Shown piece after piece: positions 28,916-38,071 of a stretch of DNA of 64,000 bases (its first letter is position 1; each line of letters starts with the position of its first letter). A model generated the notes under the pieces. It was given only the letters and a program-made list of their open reading frames with translations. It was not told the DNA's origin and did no database searches. A program made the position numbers and the translations under genes. Location: IMG/VR virus record IMGVR_UViG_3300034072_000758, positions 124,001 to 188,000 of that record; one strand, written 5' to 3'.

Positions 28916-29244
28916 TTAGGAGCCTTATGTTTGAGGATTACATCGTCGCTGACCTTGTAAGCCAGCACGGCGAGTTGATCGTAGTAATCCAGCGTCATGT
29001 CAACGATCTTGTCGATTTGAGCGCGGGTACATACGATCCTAACCGGGATCATGCGTTCCTCGAACAGTTCACCTTCCCTCGAAATCCACTGGCCTTTGGC
29101 CGGGGATAGGATCGTGAGACCACCACTTACGGCCCGAACCTTCTTGTCCCAGACTTTGTGGAAGCGAGTGCGAATCGGCTTACCGTCCAACCGGCGAATG
29201 GTCGGAACGAGAATTTCCCACATATACAATTTCGGCTGGGTCAT
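28912..29244 (-). CDS. Conserved phage hypothetical protein
   Basis: AGGAG SD; TTGACA-N16-TACAAT promoter at 29273-29300. Confidence 0.7.
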   Translation of the reverse strand: MTQPKLYMWEILVPTIRRLDGKPIRTRFHKVWDKKVRAVSGGLTILSPAKGQWISREGELFEERMIPVRIVCTRAQIDKIVDMTLDYYDQLAVLAYKVSDDVILKHKAPK

Positions 29245-29296
29245 AAGAGGCTCCTATATTTTATACAGGAGTATTGTATCATACGTTGAGTATATG

Positions 29297-29650
29297 TCAA
29301 GATAAGCTTAGAGCTATTCTCATCAGTATCTCATCTACTTCATTTCGAGAGAATTTGGGATTGAAGAAATATTTCTCGCGCTTACTACCAGTCATGATGT
29401 TTAATAAATTCTCTCTGGTATCGTGCCACATTATTTGTTGTAGCGCATATTGATTATCTGTATTCAACATACCTATGATAAAAAATTCACCAACATTGGT
29501 TCGAACAACGGTTTCTCGACCCAGACTAATACGCTTACTATAACGTTCACGAGCCTCGTTCGCCAGAAGCTCAATTAAGCCGTCTATGTCTTTACGATTA
29601 ATATATCTGGACATGAAAGAATTGATGTTGGTTACAGTGATATATTTCAC
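29297..29650 (-). CDS. C-terminal-motif protein
   Basis: Ends RNEVDEILMRIALSLS*. Confidence 0.7.
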   Translation of the reverse strand: MKYITVTNINSFMSRYINRKDIDGLIELLANEARERYSKRISLGRETVVRTNVGEFFIIGMLNTDNQYALQQIMWHDTRENLLNIMTGSKREKYFFNPKFSRNEVDEILMRIALSLS

Positions 29651-29901
29651 GATAAAACCAACATAGCTTTCATAAGCACTTCATCCAGACGCTCCGACGA
29701 AGCGTTCGACATATATTTCACATTTTTGTCGCAACCGAATGGCTCAATAATAACTTCCTCATAACGAAGACGATGAAGAACAGCCGAAAAAGAGTCCCAA
29801 GTAAAATCCCCAGCTTCAAAAGTTGGCCAACGTTTCCTAGTCAATTTATCTAATTGTTCCCAGACCTCGCGCGGCACTTCGCTGTGATAGGTTGGTCTCA
29901 T
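29647..29901 (-). CDS. C-terminal-motif protein
   Basis: Ends ERLDEVLMKAMLVLS*. Confidence 0.7.
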   Translation of the reverse strand: MRPTYHSEVPREVWEQLDKLTRKRWPTFEAGDFTWDSFSAVLHRLRYEEVIIEPFGCDKNVKYMSNASSERLDEVLMKAMLVLS

Positions 29902-30218
29902 GACATCGCCAATTTCAAAGTTATCAAAACATCATCGAAATGCTTTGGACGACAGTTGATGTAATAGAATGACCGAAGCTGGATTTTAATATCGCCATAG
30001 TCCAAACTGGACAGGACCGGAACGTAATCCATCTTTGGAAACCTTTCCCTATTGAGCCAAGTGCCAGTCAGCAACGCTTTACCAACAGGTAAAGGGTTCA
30101 GACGACTACCCACATCATTTGTCAGAATGCTTTGACGCTCGTACAATGGCTGTATGACTGGTAAGAAGCGTTCGCTCCATACGCGGTTCGGAATTTTGTA
30201 AAACCCCTCGCCGCGCAT
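29898..30218 (-). CDS. C-terminal-motif protein
   Basis: Ends KHFDDVLITLKLAMS*; start uncertain (30218 or 30251). Confidence 0.6.
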   Translation of the reverse strand: MRGEGFYKIPNRVWSERFLPVIQPLYERQSILTNDVGSRLNPLPVGKALLTGTWLNRERFPKMDYVPVLSSLDYGDIKIQLRSFYYINCRPKHFDDVLITLKLAMS

Positions 30219-30231
30219 AAGCTGGTCAATG

Positions 30232-31791
30232 CTAATTGAGATCGTCCCCATCGGGCCAAGTATCCGTGATCAATGGTGTGTCGGAATAAGCCATCCGAAT
30301 ACGCTCAGTAATGAACGGAATAAACGGATGACTCATACGAAGTGTCTGGTCCAAAGCCCACATCAAAGTGTTAATAGCTTCGGGATCACCATTGTAAAGT
30401 CTTTGCTTGGATATTTCAAGATAGAACCCGCAAAGATCATCGAACAAAAACTTTCTGAAACACATAGCCGCATCACTATAACGCAGATTAGCCAAATGCT
30501 CAGAAATCTCATTAGAAGCCCGTAGAGCCGTTTTATAGATCATCCGGTCACACTCTTGGGCCAAGGTCAACTTACCCGTCTCTGGCCTTCCTGCGCGGTC
30601 CCACTGACCCAATGTGAACTTAGATGCGTTCCACAACTTCGTACACAAAGATTTGGCCCCTTTGAACTTCTCGTCCCACAGCTTCATATCCATCGCTGGG
30701 GTTGTGTTCTCGGCCAACGCAAATCGCATCGTGTCGCAACCATACGTCTCGATAAGTTCAAGCGGATCGATACCATTACCCTCGCTCTTGGACATCTTCT
30801 TTCCATCTTTGTCGAGGATCAATCCGTGAAGGTAGATCGTCTTGAACGGAAGCTGATCGGTCAGGAACAAGCCCATCATCAGCATACGAGCACACCAGAA
30901 GAAGAGAATGTCCGAAGCCGTCTCGATCATATTGGCTGGATAGAACTTCTTATAGTCCTCGGTCTGTTCCGGCCACCCCAAGGTTGCGAATGGCCATAAA
31001 GCTGAACTGAACCACGTATCCAGACAGCCCTCAGCTTGGGTCCAGCCGCCATCAAGAAATTCCAGATACTTCCATTTTTCGGAAGTATCGAGAATTTTTA
31101 TCTCACCGTTTTTGGTGAAGATCGGAAGACGATGGCCCCACTTGATCTGGCGAGAAATACACCAAGGCTCAATACGATACAGGAAATCACGGATCGTGCC
31201 TTCCTGCCCTTTTGGATGAATATTGATGTTGCCTTGATCAAGCTCACCTAGCAATCGGTTGGCCAACAACGTCATGTCGAGATACCATTGACCCTCGGCC
31301 TCGTAAAGCATTCCCTGTTCGTGGCAACGTTTTAGGGCTTCGGTAGTAGCCTTGGAGTAACGGTCGTCCAGAGTAAACGTTTCCCGGCTCCAATCAGCCG
31401 AAGCACCGCAACGGCGTAATTGTCCGGTGATGGTAGATTTGAGGTTCTGTTTATAGTTCTGGGAATATGGGTAGAACTGTGTGTCGTCGGTCGGGTCAAG
31501 CCCTTCGGCGAGCATGGCTTCTTCAAGCTTACGCTGCGTGGCAAGGCCAGCATGATCCGTACCGGGAAGCCAAAGAGTATCGAACCCTTTCATCCGGTGG
31601 TAGCGTGTAGAAATGTCTTGAAGGGTGGCGAACATCGCATGGCCCATATGAAGGATGCCGGTGATGTTCGGGGGAGGCATTGGGATGAAATATGGAGTCC
31701 CGGTGCCAGATGGTTTGAAGTGGTTATTTTGTTCCCAACGGGAATAGATCAAAGCTTCGTCATTCGCATGATCGAAAAACTTTGATGTCAG
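30232..31791 (-). CDS. valS: Valyl-tRNA synthetase, minimal (no CP1 editing domain, no C-terminal coiled coil)
   Basis: PPPNITGILHMGHA, PGTDHAGLATQ, WCISRQIKWGH, LDTWFSSALWPF, KMSKS. Homology extends upstream of the track start (LTSKFFDHANDEALIYSRWE); start codon uncertain (CTG 31791 or TTG 31752). Confidence 0.92.
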   Translation of the reverse strand: MTSKFFDHANDEALIYSRWEQNNHFKPSGTGTPYFIPMPPPNITGILHMGHAMFATLQDISTRYHRMKGFDTLWLPGTDHAGLATQRKLEEAMLAEGLDPTDDTQFYPYSQNYKQNLKSTITGQLRRCGASADWSRETFTLDDRYSKATTEALKRCHEQGMLYEAEGQWYLDMTLLANRLLGELDQGNINIHPKGQEGTIRDFLYRIEPWCISRQIKWGHRLPIFTKNGEIKILDTSEKWKYLEFLDGGWTQAEGCLDTWFSSALWPFATLGWPEQTEDYKKFYPANMIETASDILFFWCARMLMMGLFLTDQLPFKTIYLHGLILDKDGKKMSKSEGNGIDPLELIETYGCDTMRFALAENTTPAMDMKLWDEKFKGAKSLCTKLWNASKFTLGQWDRAGRPETGKLTLAQECDRMIYKTALRASNEISEHLANLRYSDAAMCFRKFLFDDLCGFYLEISKQRLYNGDPEAINTLMWALDQTLRMSHPFIPFITERIRMAYSDTPLITDTWPDGDDLN

Positions 31792-31811
31792 ATTACGTCC
31801 AACAGGGTCAT
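31788..31811 (-). other. Possible 7-codon upstream ORF (MTLLDVI) overlapping the valS start region
   Basis: GGAGG-N8-ATG; its TGA overlaps the in-frame CTG of valS (CTGA). Confidence 0.4.
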
Positions 31812-31893
31812 TTGATTATCCTCCAAAGGATTAAGGGTTGAAATATTTTAATACATTATTTAGAATGCTAAGGTCAAGCCAAATGGTATTTTC

Positions 31894-32256
31894 GTGCTCC
31901 CATTTAACTCTTTCGTCACAATACTAAAAACCGCTCCATACAAAGAGTATGTCAAGGGTGGCGCGGGTTACGACATGGTTAATGGTAACTTTACTGTAGA
32001 ATTGCGAACTTACGATTATAGAAATAATCAATTCCTACAGTCGTACAAGATGAGTATTTACTGGAAAGGGCTGGAAATATATCAAGGCATATTGACGCTG
32101 GACACTGGTAATATTAGAATCGATGGTGATACTGTTGTCGGAGGAAGATTTCTCCACATAGGACCAAGTGGTTATGATATTAAACCCCACCGCATAGGGT
32201 TCTTGGGCGAAGACTCGCACGAAGAAATGATGATCGAAATTTTGAGGATGATGTGA
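31894..32256 (+). CDS. C-terminal-motif protein
   Basis: Ends DSHEEMMIEILRMM*. Confidence 0.6.
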   Translation: MLPFNSFVTILKTAPYKEYVKGGAGYDMVNGNFTVELRTYDYRNNQFLQSYKMSIYWKGLEIYQGILTLDTGNIRIDGDTVVGGRFLHIGPSGYDIKPHRIGFLGEDSHEEMMIEILRMM

Positions 32257-32897
32257 TGGGTGATGATCATATTGACGCAAGAAACAGCGTATGGTGGGCT
32301 TGGATCATGGTGTTGGTCGGAATTGTCGGATTAGCTGGTATCGGTTTTCGGGTATATAAAATAATTACCGGGATAGCTCCACTCAAATCATTTTGGTATG
32401 AGTTTTGGACCGTAACACCAATGCTTATTAGTACAATGCTTGGTTTATTTTTTGCTGTATTGCTCTATCATTATTATACCTATTACCAATACGAATTGCC
32501 ATATTCGGATAAGTATCCTCGCAATATATATCCATTTCCAAAAAGGAACGAGTTTAAGAAACTTATCCTGCGCAAAAACGATACGTTGGATGTTCAGTGG
32601 TTCTTGAAGAAAGCCATTGACGCCGCCCCATATTTCCACACACCGGACCCACGCCTTCCCCACAGGCTTTTTCACGATGTCGGAAAAATTGGATCAATTG
32701 ATCTCGATTTTTATGGAAGCATTCTGTACACAAAATATGTCCAAGGTAACGGCTGGCAGATCGTCTTTTGTAATGATCCCGAAATACAAGATTTTTTCAA
32801 AGGACAAGGTTATTATTTTGTCAATTCAAAGATGATAGTGTATGGTGATCTCGAACAGTTAGAGAACGACCTTATTACTATGAGGTTGTCTATGTAA
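32256..32897 (+). CDS. Membrane-anchored C-terminal-motif protein (G-N/D subfamily)
   Basis: Two N-terminal TMs; ends VYGDLEQLENDLITMRLSM*. Confidence 0.72.
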   Translation: MGDDHIDARNSVWWAWIMVLVGIVGLAGIGFRVYKIITGIAPLKSFWYEFWTVTPMLISTMLGLFFAVLLYHYYTYYQYELPYSDKYPRNIYPFPKRNEFKKLILRKNDTLDVQWFLKKAIDAAPYFHTPDPRLPHRLFHDVGKIGSIDLDFYGSILYTKYVQGNGWQIVFCNDPEIQDFFKGQGYYFVNSKMIVYGDLEQLENDLITMRLSM

Positions 32898-32913
32898 CAA
32901 CATTGAGCGTACC

Positions 32914-33210
32914 GTGGACGTATCTTTTCTTGTAAATCATTTTATAGAACTCACTCCATTTCGGGATGACGAGAACTATATTTCAACTACCCTGATCGGC
33001 AACACACCATGCGCCTATTATCGGTCTTTTACTAACACCAGTACCTTAGTCACAGTCTTCACACAGGACTGGATTATTGCGCCAGCACCCATAGAAGATA
33101 CACTTGATGATTCTACAAAATGGGTGTATCTTGGTGGGGAATATTATTTTAAGGGAAACGCGGAACAGTTTGAAAACGACATGATTGTCTTTAGGCTGGT
33201 GTTACAATAA
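32914..33210 (+). CDS. C-terminal-motif protein (G-N/D subfamily)
   Basis: Ends YYFKGNAEQFENDMIVFRLVLQ*. Confidence 0.72.
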   Translation: MDVSFLVNHFIELTPFRDDENYISTTLIGNTPCAYYRSFTNTSTLVTVFTQDWIIAPAPIEDTLDDSTKWVYLGGEYYFKGNAEQFENDMIVFRLVLQ

Positions 33211-33722
33211 TGGCTACAGGTCTCCAACTCGTATTGTTAATCCTCTTTTCGTCCCTCGCAATATTCGTCTTAAAGACGTTGACGAAGGGTAAGCTGTTGT
33301 TCGCCTCAAAGGATCGCCAGAAAGCTTACGCCGAATATATGATCCATAAGGGTTATATTTACAGTAAATATCAGGACCAGCGCCAGCTTCCATCCTTCAA
33401 CGTCTGGGAAAAGATGTCAAAGAAGTATATGGATTTGGAATTTATTGACGATTATTTTTCGGGCAATAGGCGCGGTGCTGATTGGTATGACGCCAACACT
33501 TTTCATTATACCTTCCCCGAATACGGTATGTTGGCCGTGGCCACGCGCGATGATGACCGAATGCTGCTGTTTTTTTCCGGTTCGGATTGGCGATTGGTTT
33601 ATCGTCTCAAGTTTGTGAACAACCTCAGCCGTGCCATATATCTCGGCGAAGGGCTGTACTTCGAGGGTAACCCGGAACAGTTCGAAAACACAATGTCGAT
33701 CATCAAGCTGAAAGCGTCATGA
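33210..33722 (+). CDS. Membrane-anchored C-terminal-motif protein (G-N/D subfamily)
   Basis: N-terminal TM; ends LYFEGNPEQFENTMSIIKLKAS*. Confidence 0.72.
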   Translation: MATGLQLVLLILFSSLAIFVLKTLTKGKLLFASKDRQKAYAEYMIHKGYIYSKYQDQRQLPSFNVWEKMSKKYMDLEFIDDYFSGNRRGADWYDANTFHYTFPEYGMLAVATRDDDRMLLFFSGSDWRLVYRLKFVNNLSRAIYLGEGLYFEGNPEQFENTMSIIKLKAS

Positions 33723-34120
33723 ACGTAAGAGACGATATTGCGTTCTGGGCTAAAATCTTAAACGCTTCTGATGTTGATCGAGTAGTCAAACTCAATGGCT
33801 ATCAGTTTAAAGCTAAGTATAACGCCAATGGTTTAGTTCAAAGTTTTGTTTCGAGATCACATAACGAGTGGCGTAGCAGTCTTATGTTGATTTTTGAAAA
33901 CAGCTTATTTCGTTTTACCGTAAACGCTGTAATCAATATTGTGGATTCAAATCGTCCGCCCTCTGATTTTCATGAACTTCCAATGTTACATACCAAACCG
34001 TTCAATCCAATAGTATTTCGGATAGAACAATATGGTTCACATAAACTCGAATTATTCGACTGGACAGAAGACGAGTTCGATAGTATGGTTATGTCTCTTT
34101 ATTTGAAGTTGAAAGACTGA
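33719..34120 (+). CDS. C-terminal-motif protein (DxxFW subfamily)
   Basis: Starts MNVRDDIAFW; ends TEDEFDSMVMSLYLKLKD*. Confidence 0.72.
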   Translation: MNVRDDIAFWAKILNASDVDRVVKLNGYQFKAKYNANGLVQSFVSRSHNEWRSSLMLIFENSLFRFTVNAVINIVDSNRPPSDFHELPMLHTKPFNPIVFRIEQYGSHKLELFDWTEDEFDSMVMSLYLKLKD

Positions 34121-34638
34121 TGTATATCACAATCATCGCCGTTTTCATGACTGTGTTGTCTTTGGTACGAATGTATCAGGAGATCATAGCTTATTGCACC
34201 ACTCGGATCATATCGCTTGTTGATGTTGAAAACCGCAACTTCGGTATTTTTAACATCAACATTATTCGGAATAGCTGGGTGCGCAAGATTGCGAAGCCGC
34301 GCAATTTTGATGAACGCCTTATCGACATTCTGATCAACAAGTTCCCCGAAAAGCTGGACAAGAACGGCTCGGCCAAGATGTCGAAGAATGGGACCATTCT
34401 CGAACTCCAAGGTTCGTTCAACGATGACCATTATCATTTCCGACGCCTCGGCGGTCGAAAGCCTTGGGTCGAAGTGAAAACCGCCAAGTGGGTTCTGACC
34501 AAGGCTCCCTTTATTCATCCCACACTTAACCCAACACCCAAAGGTAATTGGGTGAAGATTGGCGACAATTATTTCGTCGGTGGCGACATCGCGCGGTTTG
34601 AAGACGATGTTGCGATTATCGCTCTCACACACAATTAA
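34120..34638 (+). CDS. Membrane-anchored C-terminal-motif protein (G-N/D subfamily)
   Basis: Ends YFVGGDIARFEDDVAIIALTHN*. Confidence 0.72.
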   Translation: MYITIIAVFMTVLSLVRMYQEIIAYCTTRIISLVDVENRNFGIFNINIIRNSWVRKIAKPRNFDERLIDILINKFPEKLDKNGSAKMSKNGTILELQGSFNDDHYHFRRLGGRKPWVEVKTAKWVLTKAPFIHPTLNPTPKGNWVKIGDNYFVGGDIARFEDDVAIIALTHN

Positions 34639-34645
34639 GCGGCAA

Positions 34646-35011
34646 ATGGAACCAGATGCCTTCCGTGCCCCGAAAGATGATGAAGTCGTAATCGCCCCGA
34701 AATACGACCACGAACTCCTGCGACAAGAGTTCATCAAGATCGCCAAAATTCTCACGGAACATAATTTATTCACGGAATATGGCGATCTTTACGATTACCG
34801 GGTTGGTAGTCGGGGATACTCAGTTTATATAAGCGGAGATTTTGTCGAATTTTCATTATACGAATACGCCGATACTGGACACCGATTTATGAAAACCCCG
34901 ATCTATTCGGCGTCATATATAAAGTGTAAAATATTGTCATATTCTGTCGTAGACATGACACAAGACGAAATCATCGAACAATTGCTTTTATTTGTGTTGA
35001 TGCTGAAATGA
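34646..35011 (+). CDS. C-terminal-motif protein
   Basis: Ends TQDEIIEQLLLFVLMLK*. Confidence 0.68.
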   Translation: MEPDAFRAPKDDEVVIAPKYDHELLRQEFIKIAKILTEHNLFTEYGDLYDYRVGSRGYSVYISGDFVEFSLYEYADTGHRFMKTPIYSASYIKCKILSYSVVDMTQDEIIEQLLLFVLMLK

Positions 35012-35343
35012 CAATTATGCGCGCAATACCACTGGATAAAGCTGATCTATCTCGGCCATTCCTGTATGCGCGCTTTATCGGCGTCCGCCATTTCGATGGC
35101 GAGTGGATAGAAGCCATGCGCCACATATGCTTCCAATGGTATGAAACTGATTTCTCCAATTTGCCACCACTCGCCGTCCACCATTGCTTCTTTCGTATGA
35201 TCAGCGGAACATGTATGTTCGATCCTGCCGTCAGCTTATCGATCATCGCAGCCCACCGCAAAAATTTGACCCGGCGTGAGCAACGTATATTGGGTAATGA
35301 CATTCTGTTTTTCGATCAAGCCAAGAAGGTGTCTGATGGCTAA
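35008..35343 (+). CDS. Hypothetical protein
   Basis: ATGA-coupled, 111 aa. Confidence 0.6.
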   Translation: MTIMRAIPLDKADLSRPFLYARFIGVRHFDGEWIEAMRHICFQWYETDFSNLPPLAVHHCFFRMISGTCMFDPAVSLSIIAAHRKNLTRREQRILGNDILFFDQAKKVSDG

Positions 35344-35734
35344 GGATATGCCAACATACAAGATACCCTTCCAACCAGTCATCGATCTCTTTAATAAGGG
35401 TGTAGAGGACGGGGAGATCAAACAGTTCCCCGGCGCTGAACAGATTGATATGCGCGGTGAGCTTGGAACGTTTAAAATCACGTTTCGCAATCAATGGGTC
35501 CAGCTTACTTCATTCATCGCCTGTAGCCATGTTTTGCGTCTTCGTGGTGGATCGGTTGACGTGAGGTTCTATTTGACCTCCTGCGTCCCACAGGCGGCTG
35601 ACGCCTATTTGTTAAATTTGGGCCTTCCTTACTATCCTCGGTATCATTTGATACAATATAGCGTTCATGCGCGAAAGAATATCAAGAAGGCCGAAGACGA
35701 ACTTGCTATCTTCCTATTAACAAACGGACTATAG
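35336..35734 (+). CDS. C-terminal-motif protein
   Basis: Ends KKAEDELAIFLLTNGL*. Confidence 0.68.
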   Translation: MAKDMPTYKIPFQPVIDLFNKGVEDGEIKQFPGAEQIDMRGELGTFKITFRNQWVQLTSFIACSHVLRLRGGSVDVRFYLTSCVPQAADAYLLNLGLPYYPRYHLIQYSVHARKNIKKAEDELAIFLLTNGL

Positions 35735-35745
35735 GGAACAAACCA

Positions 35746-36087
35746 ATGGTCAAGAAAAAAGGCGGCTACCACATTCCATTTGATAAGAATGGGAATCAAC
35801 TTCACTATCCCGATCCGTCCTATGACTTTTCTTCGGGGTCTCGCGTCCAAGTGGGGCCGATCTGGAAAAACAACGATCCCTTTAGCGATACATTAACTTT
35901 TGAGTCGTATAGTCGCGGTCGGTCGGCAGCGTATTTTCGGTTCCGCCGATCTGATAACACTCAAGTATGTATGTTCCTGAGTGACATGACCGATGCTATC
36001 CCGCATATGGTCAACGGTAAGCTTACTGGAAATTTCCAGTTTACTAAACGTGGCATGAATTACGGAGTCCAGCTTCAAAAACCATAG
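35746..36087 (+). CDS. Hypothetical phage protein
   Basis: 113 aa; SRGRSAAYF. Confidence 0.65.
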   Translation: MVKKKGGYHIPFDKNGNQLHYPDPSYDFSSGSRVQVGPIWKNNDPFSDTLTFESYSRGRSAAYFRFRRSDNTQVCMFLSDMTDAIPHMVNGKLTGNFQFTKRGMNYGVQLQKP

Positions 36088-36098
36088 GAGATTTGCTA

Positions 36099-36206
36099 AT
36101 GACCATCAGTACCCTACTTCGAGTGATAGCGTATCCTGTTCGTTACCTTCGTACCCGTTATCTTATGGCCCAAGTCTCGGCTAAGCTGGCAAATTATCAT
36201 GCCTAA
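36099..36206 (+). CDS. Small 35-aa protein (below track cutoff)
   Basis: AGGAG SD; MTISTLLRVIAYPVRYLRTRYLMAQVSAKLANYHA*. Confidence 0.5.
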   Translation: MTISTLLRVIAYPVRYLRTRYLMAQVSAKLANYHA

Positions 36207-36210
36207 GATG

Positions 36211-36239
36211 TTGACGAGTTGATTTGTTTCAATTATACT
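36211..36239 (+). promoter_or_regulatory. Sigma70-like (early) promoter
   Basis: TTGACG-N17-TATACT. Confidence 0.6.
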
Positions 36240-36508
36240 CGTCAACATGAATCAATTCACTCTTTCCATTATCTCGATCTGTGTATCCAGCTTTACACTT
36301 CTGTGTTCGCTGACGCTCATAGGTCTGACGGCGTGGAACCGCCGCCTATCGAAGGAATTGGACGGATGATGTTTACCATCGCTCTCATAGCTACCAATGT
36401 TCTTCTGAGCATCATAGTCCTAACTGTTATAGGTCTGACGATCCGAGACATAGTTGCGAAGCGCAAGCTTATTCGTACTCGTTGTGAGCGCGACTGGCGT
36501 TTAAATTG

Positions 36509-36850
36509 ATGATTCGGGTCACTGAGCTTCTACACAAGATGCTTCGTGTCCATAGACACAATTTCAATAGCGTCAATTGGCCTCAAATTCATAGAATACA
36601 TCGAGGTGAAAATTTTATGCTTGAAATGATCATACCATTTCATGCGACGATTGATATAAAATACACCAGCCCTAATCTAATTCTGAGGTCAAATCTTAAA
36701 CATGCGACCGATTTCAGCCAACATGCTATTCGCTGGTACGCGCTGCTGGGGCCGCTCGAACAATGCTACAACATCGTCGCAGAAGAAACTCAGTTCCTCA
36801 GTGATCAAGCAGACTGTGAACTTGCTACACTGGTGTTAAAGTATTCATGA
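36509..36850 (+). CDS. C-terminal-motif protein
   Basis: Ends SDQADCELATLVLKYS*. Confidence 0.65.
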   Translation: MIRVTELLHKMLRVHRHNFNSVNWPQIHRIHRGENFMLEMIIPFHATIDIKYTSPNLILRSNLKHATDFSQHAIRWYALLGPLEQCYNIVAEETQFLSDQADCELATLVLKYS

Positions 36851-37248
36851 CTAACATCGATCTCTTCTTCATGATCTGCACCCTCATAAACAAGTATGAG
36901 GATAAGCTTACCCTAACGGAAGCTGGTAGTGGAGACTTTAGCTTTAGACAACTCAAAGGAAGAGTTTTGATAGGTGGGGTTTACACCAATCTTGAATATT
37001 CTGCGCCTAACCCAATATACGTCTCGTTGAAGACGACGAACATCCACATTTATTGTGGAATGACGACCGTTAGTATGTTGAGTAATATCTCCCTAGAAGA
37101 TTACTTGAGAGCACCACTCAATATTTTAGAATCTTATTATTTTATAAACGCATATTTACACAACCCAGAGAAAAATGTTACAGTCAGTTACAAGAGCAAA
37201 GATCGCGCAGAAGATCATCTTATGATTCTCAGGCTGGCAGCATCATGA
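36847..37248 (+). CDS. C-terminal-motif protein
   Basis: Ends KDRAEDHLMILRLAAS*. Confidence 0.7.
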   Translation: MTNIDLFFMICTLINKYEDKLTLTEAGSGDFSFRQLKGRVLIGGVYTNLEYSAPNPIYVSLKTTNIHIYCGMTTVSMLSNISLEDYLRAPLNILESYYFINAYLHNPEKNVTVSYKSKDRAEDHLMILRLAAS

Positions 37249-37652
37249 CCGACATAACAGAAGACATTGAGTGGTGGGGAACTTTGTTTTCCGACATCGC
37301 GGCTCGATATAAAGTCGAAGAGACCTCTGATAAAATGCTGCTGTCGATTCCACTATCGAACCACAGTGTTGTGGAATGCTCGGCCTATCAACGCAAGAAC
37401 CCACCTATCGGTATGGAGTTCGTGGACATGAAATTCTCGTCCAGAAACTTCACCTTTTCATTCAATCTGTCTCGTCCCTATAAGGATAACGGGATGACTA
37501 TCGACCGACTGCGTTCAGGAGGCTTCGGCGAAGGGGTGATCATGTTCGATGATAACCAATTCCTGTACTATGACGTGAAGATGTTCGAGCACGGCACCAC
37601 CGCCGAAATCGATGAAGACCTCATGTTGCTGCGGCTGGCGTTCGCTTCCTGA
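37245..37652 (+). CDS. C-terminal-motif protein (DxxFW subfamily)
   Basis: Starts MTDITEDIEWW; ends TAEIDEDLMLLRLAFAS*. Confidence 0.72.
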   Translation: MTDITEDIEWWGTLFSDIAARYKVEETSDKMLLSIPLSNHSVVECSAYQRKNPPIGMEFVDMKFSSRNFTFSFNLSRPYKDNGMTIDRLRSGGFGEGVIMFDDNQFLYYDVKMFEHGTTAEIDEDLMLLRLAFAS

Positions 37653-38071
37653 TGCTTAGTATAACGGATCATATTTTCCAAGATTTTAAGTTCTGGGACT
37701 CTATCGTAGACCGGGGAGACGAATTAATTTCATGGGGCGTTCATGTTGAAGAGTTGGACAATACCAACAAATATCAATTCTATAGTAACACACATAAGGT
37801 TAGACTAACGAGTACAGATTATAATTGCTTCTCGTATAGTATAGAAGCTTCTTGTTTCGTCTTCCAATATGAGATCATTGGGTCTATGTTGTCTTTGAGT
37901 GAAGAGAAACAATTCTGGACGCGATATTACTCTGAATTTCCATACTCCCCAAAAAACATCATCGAACTTTACCCCGGCGTATATTATGATTGCCACGCAT
38001 ATCATCTTGAAGTAAAATCCGAACCAGACGCAATTGACCTAATCACTCGCCTGAGATTGACCTATGTATGA
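37652..38071 (+). CDS. C-terminal-motif protein (DxxFW subfamily)
   Basis: QDFKFW near the start; ends EPDAIDLITRLRLTYV*. Confidence 0.7.
   Translation: MLSITDHIFQDFKFWDSIVDRGDELISWGVHVEELDNTNKYQFYSNTHKVRLTSTDYNCFSYSIEASCFVFQYEIIGSMLSLSEEKQFWTRYYSEFPYSPKNIIELYPGVYYDCHAYHLEVKSEPDAIDLITRLRLTYV

Noticed and set aside
34099-34773. 224-aa minus-strand ORF
   Set aside because: Antisense to coupled plus-strand motif-family genes; no independent signals.
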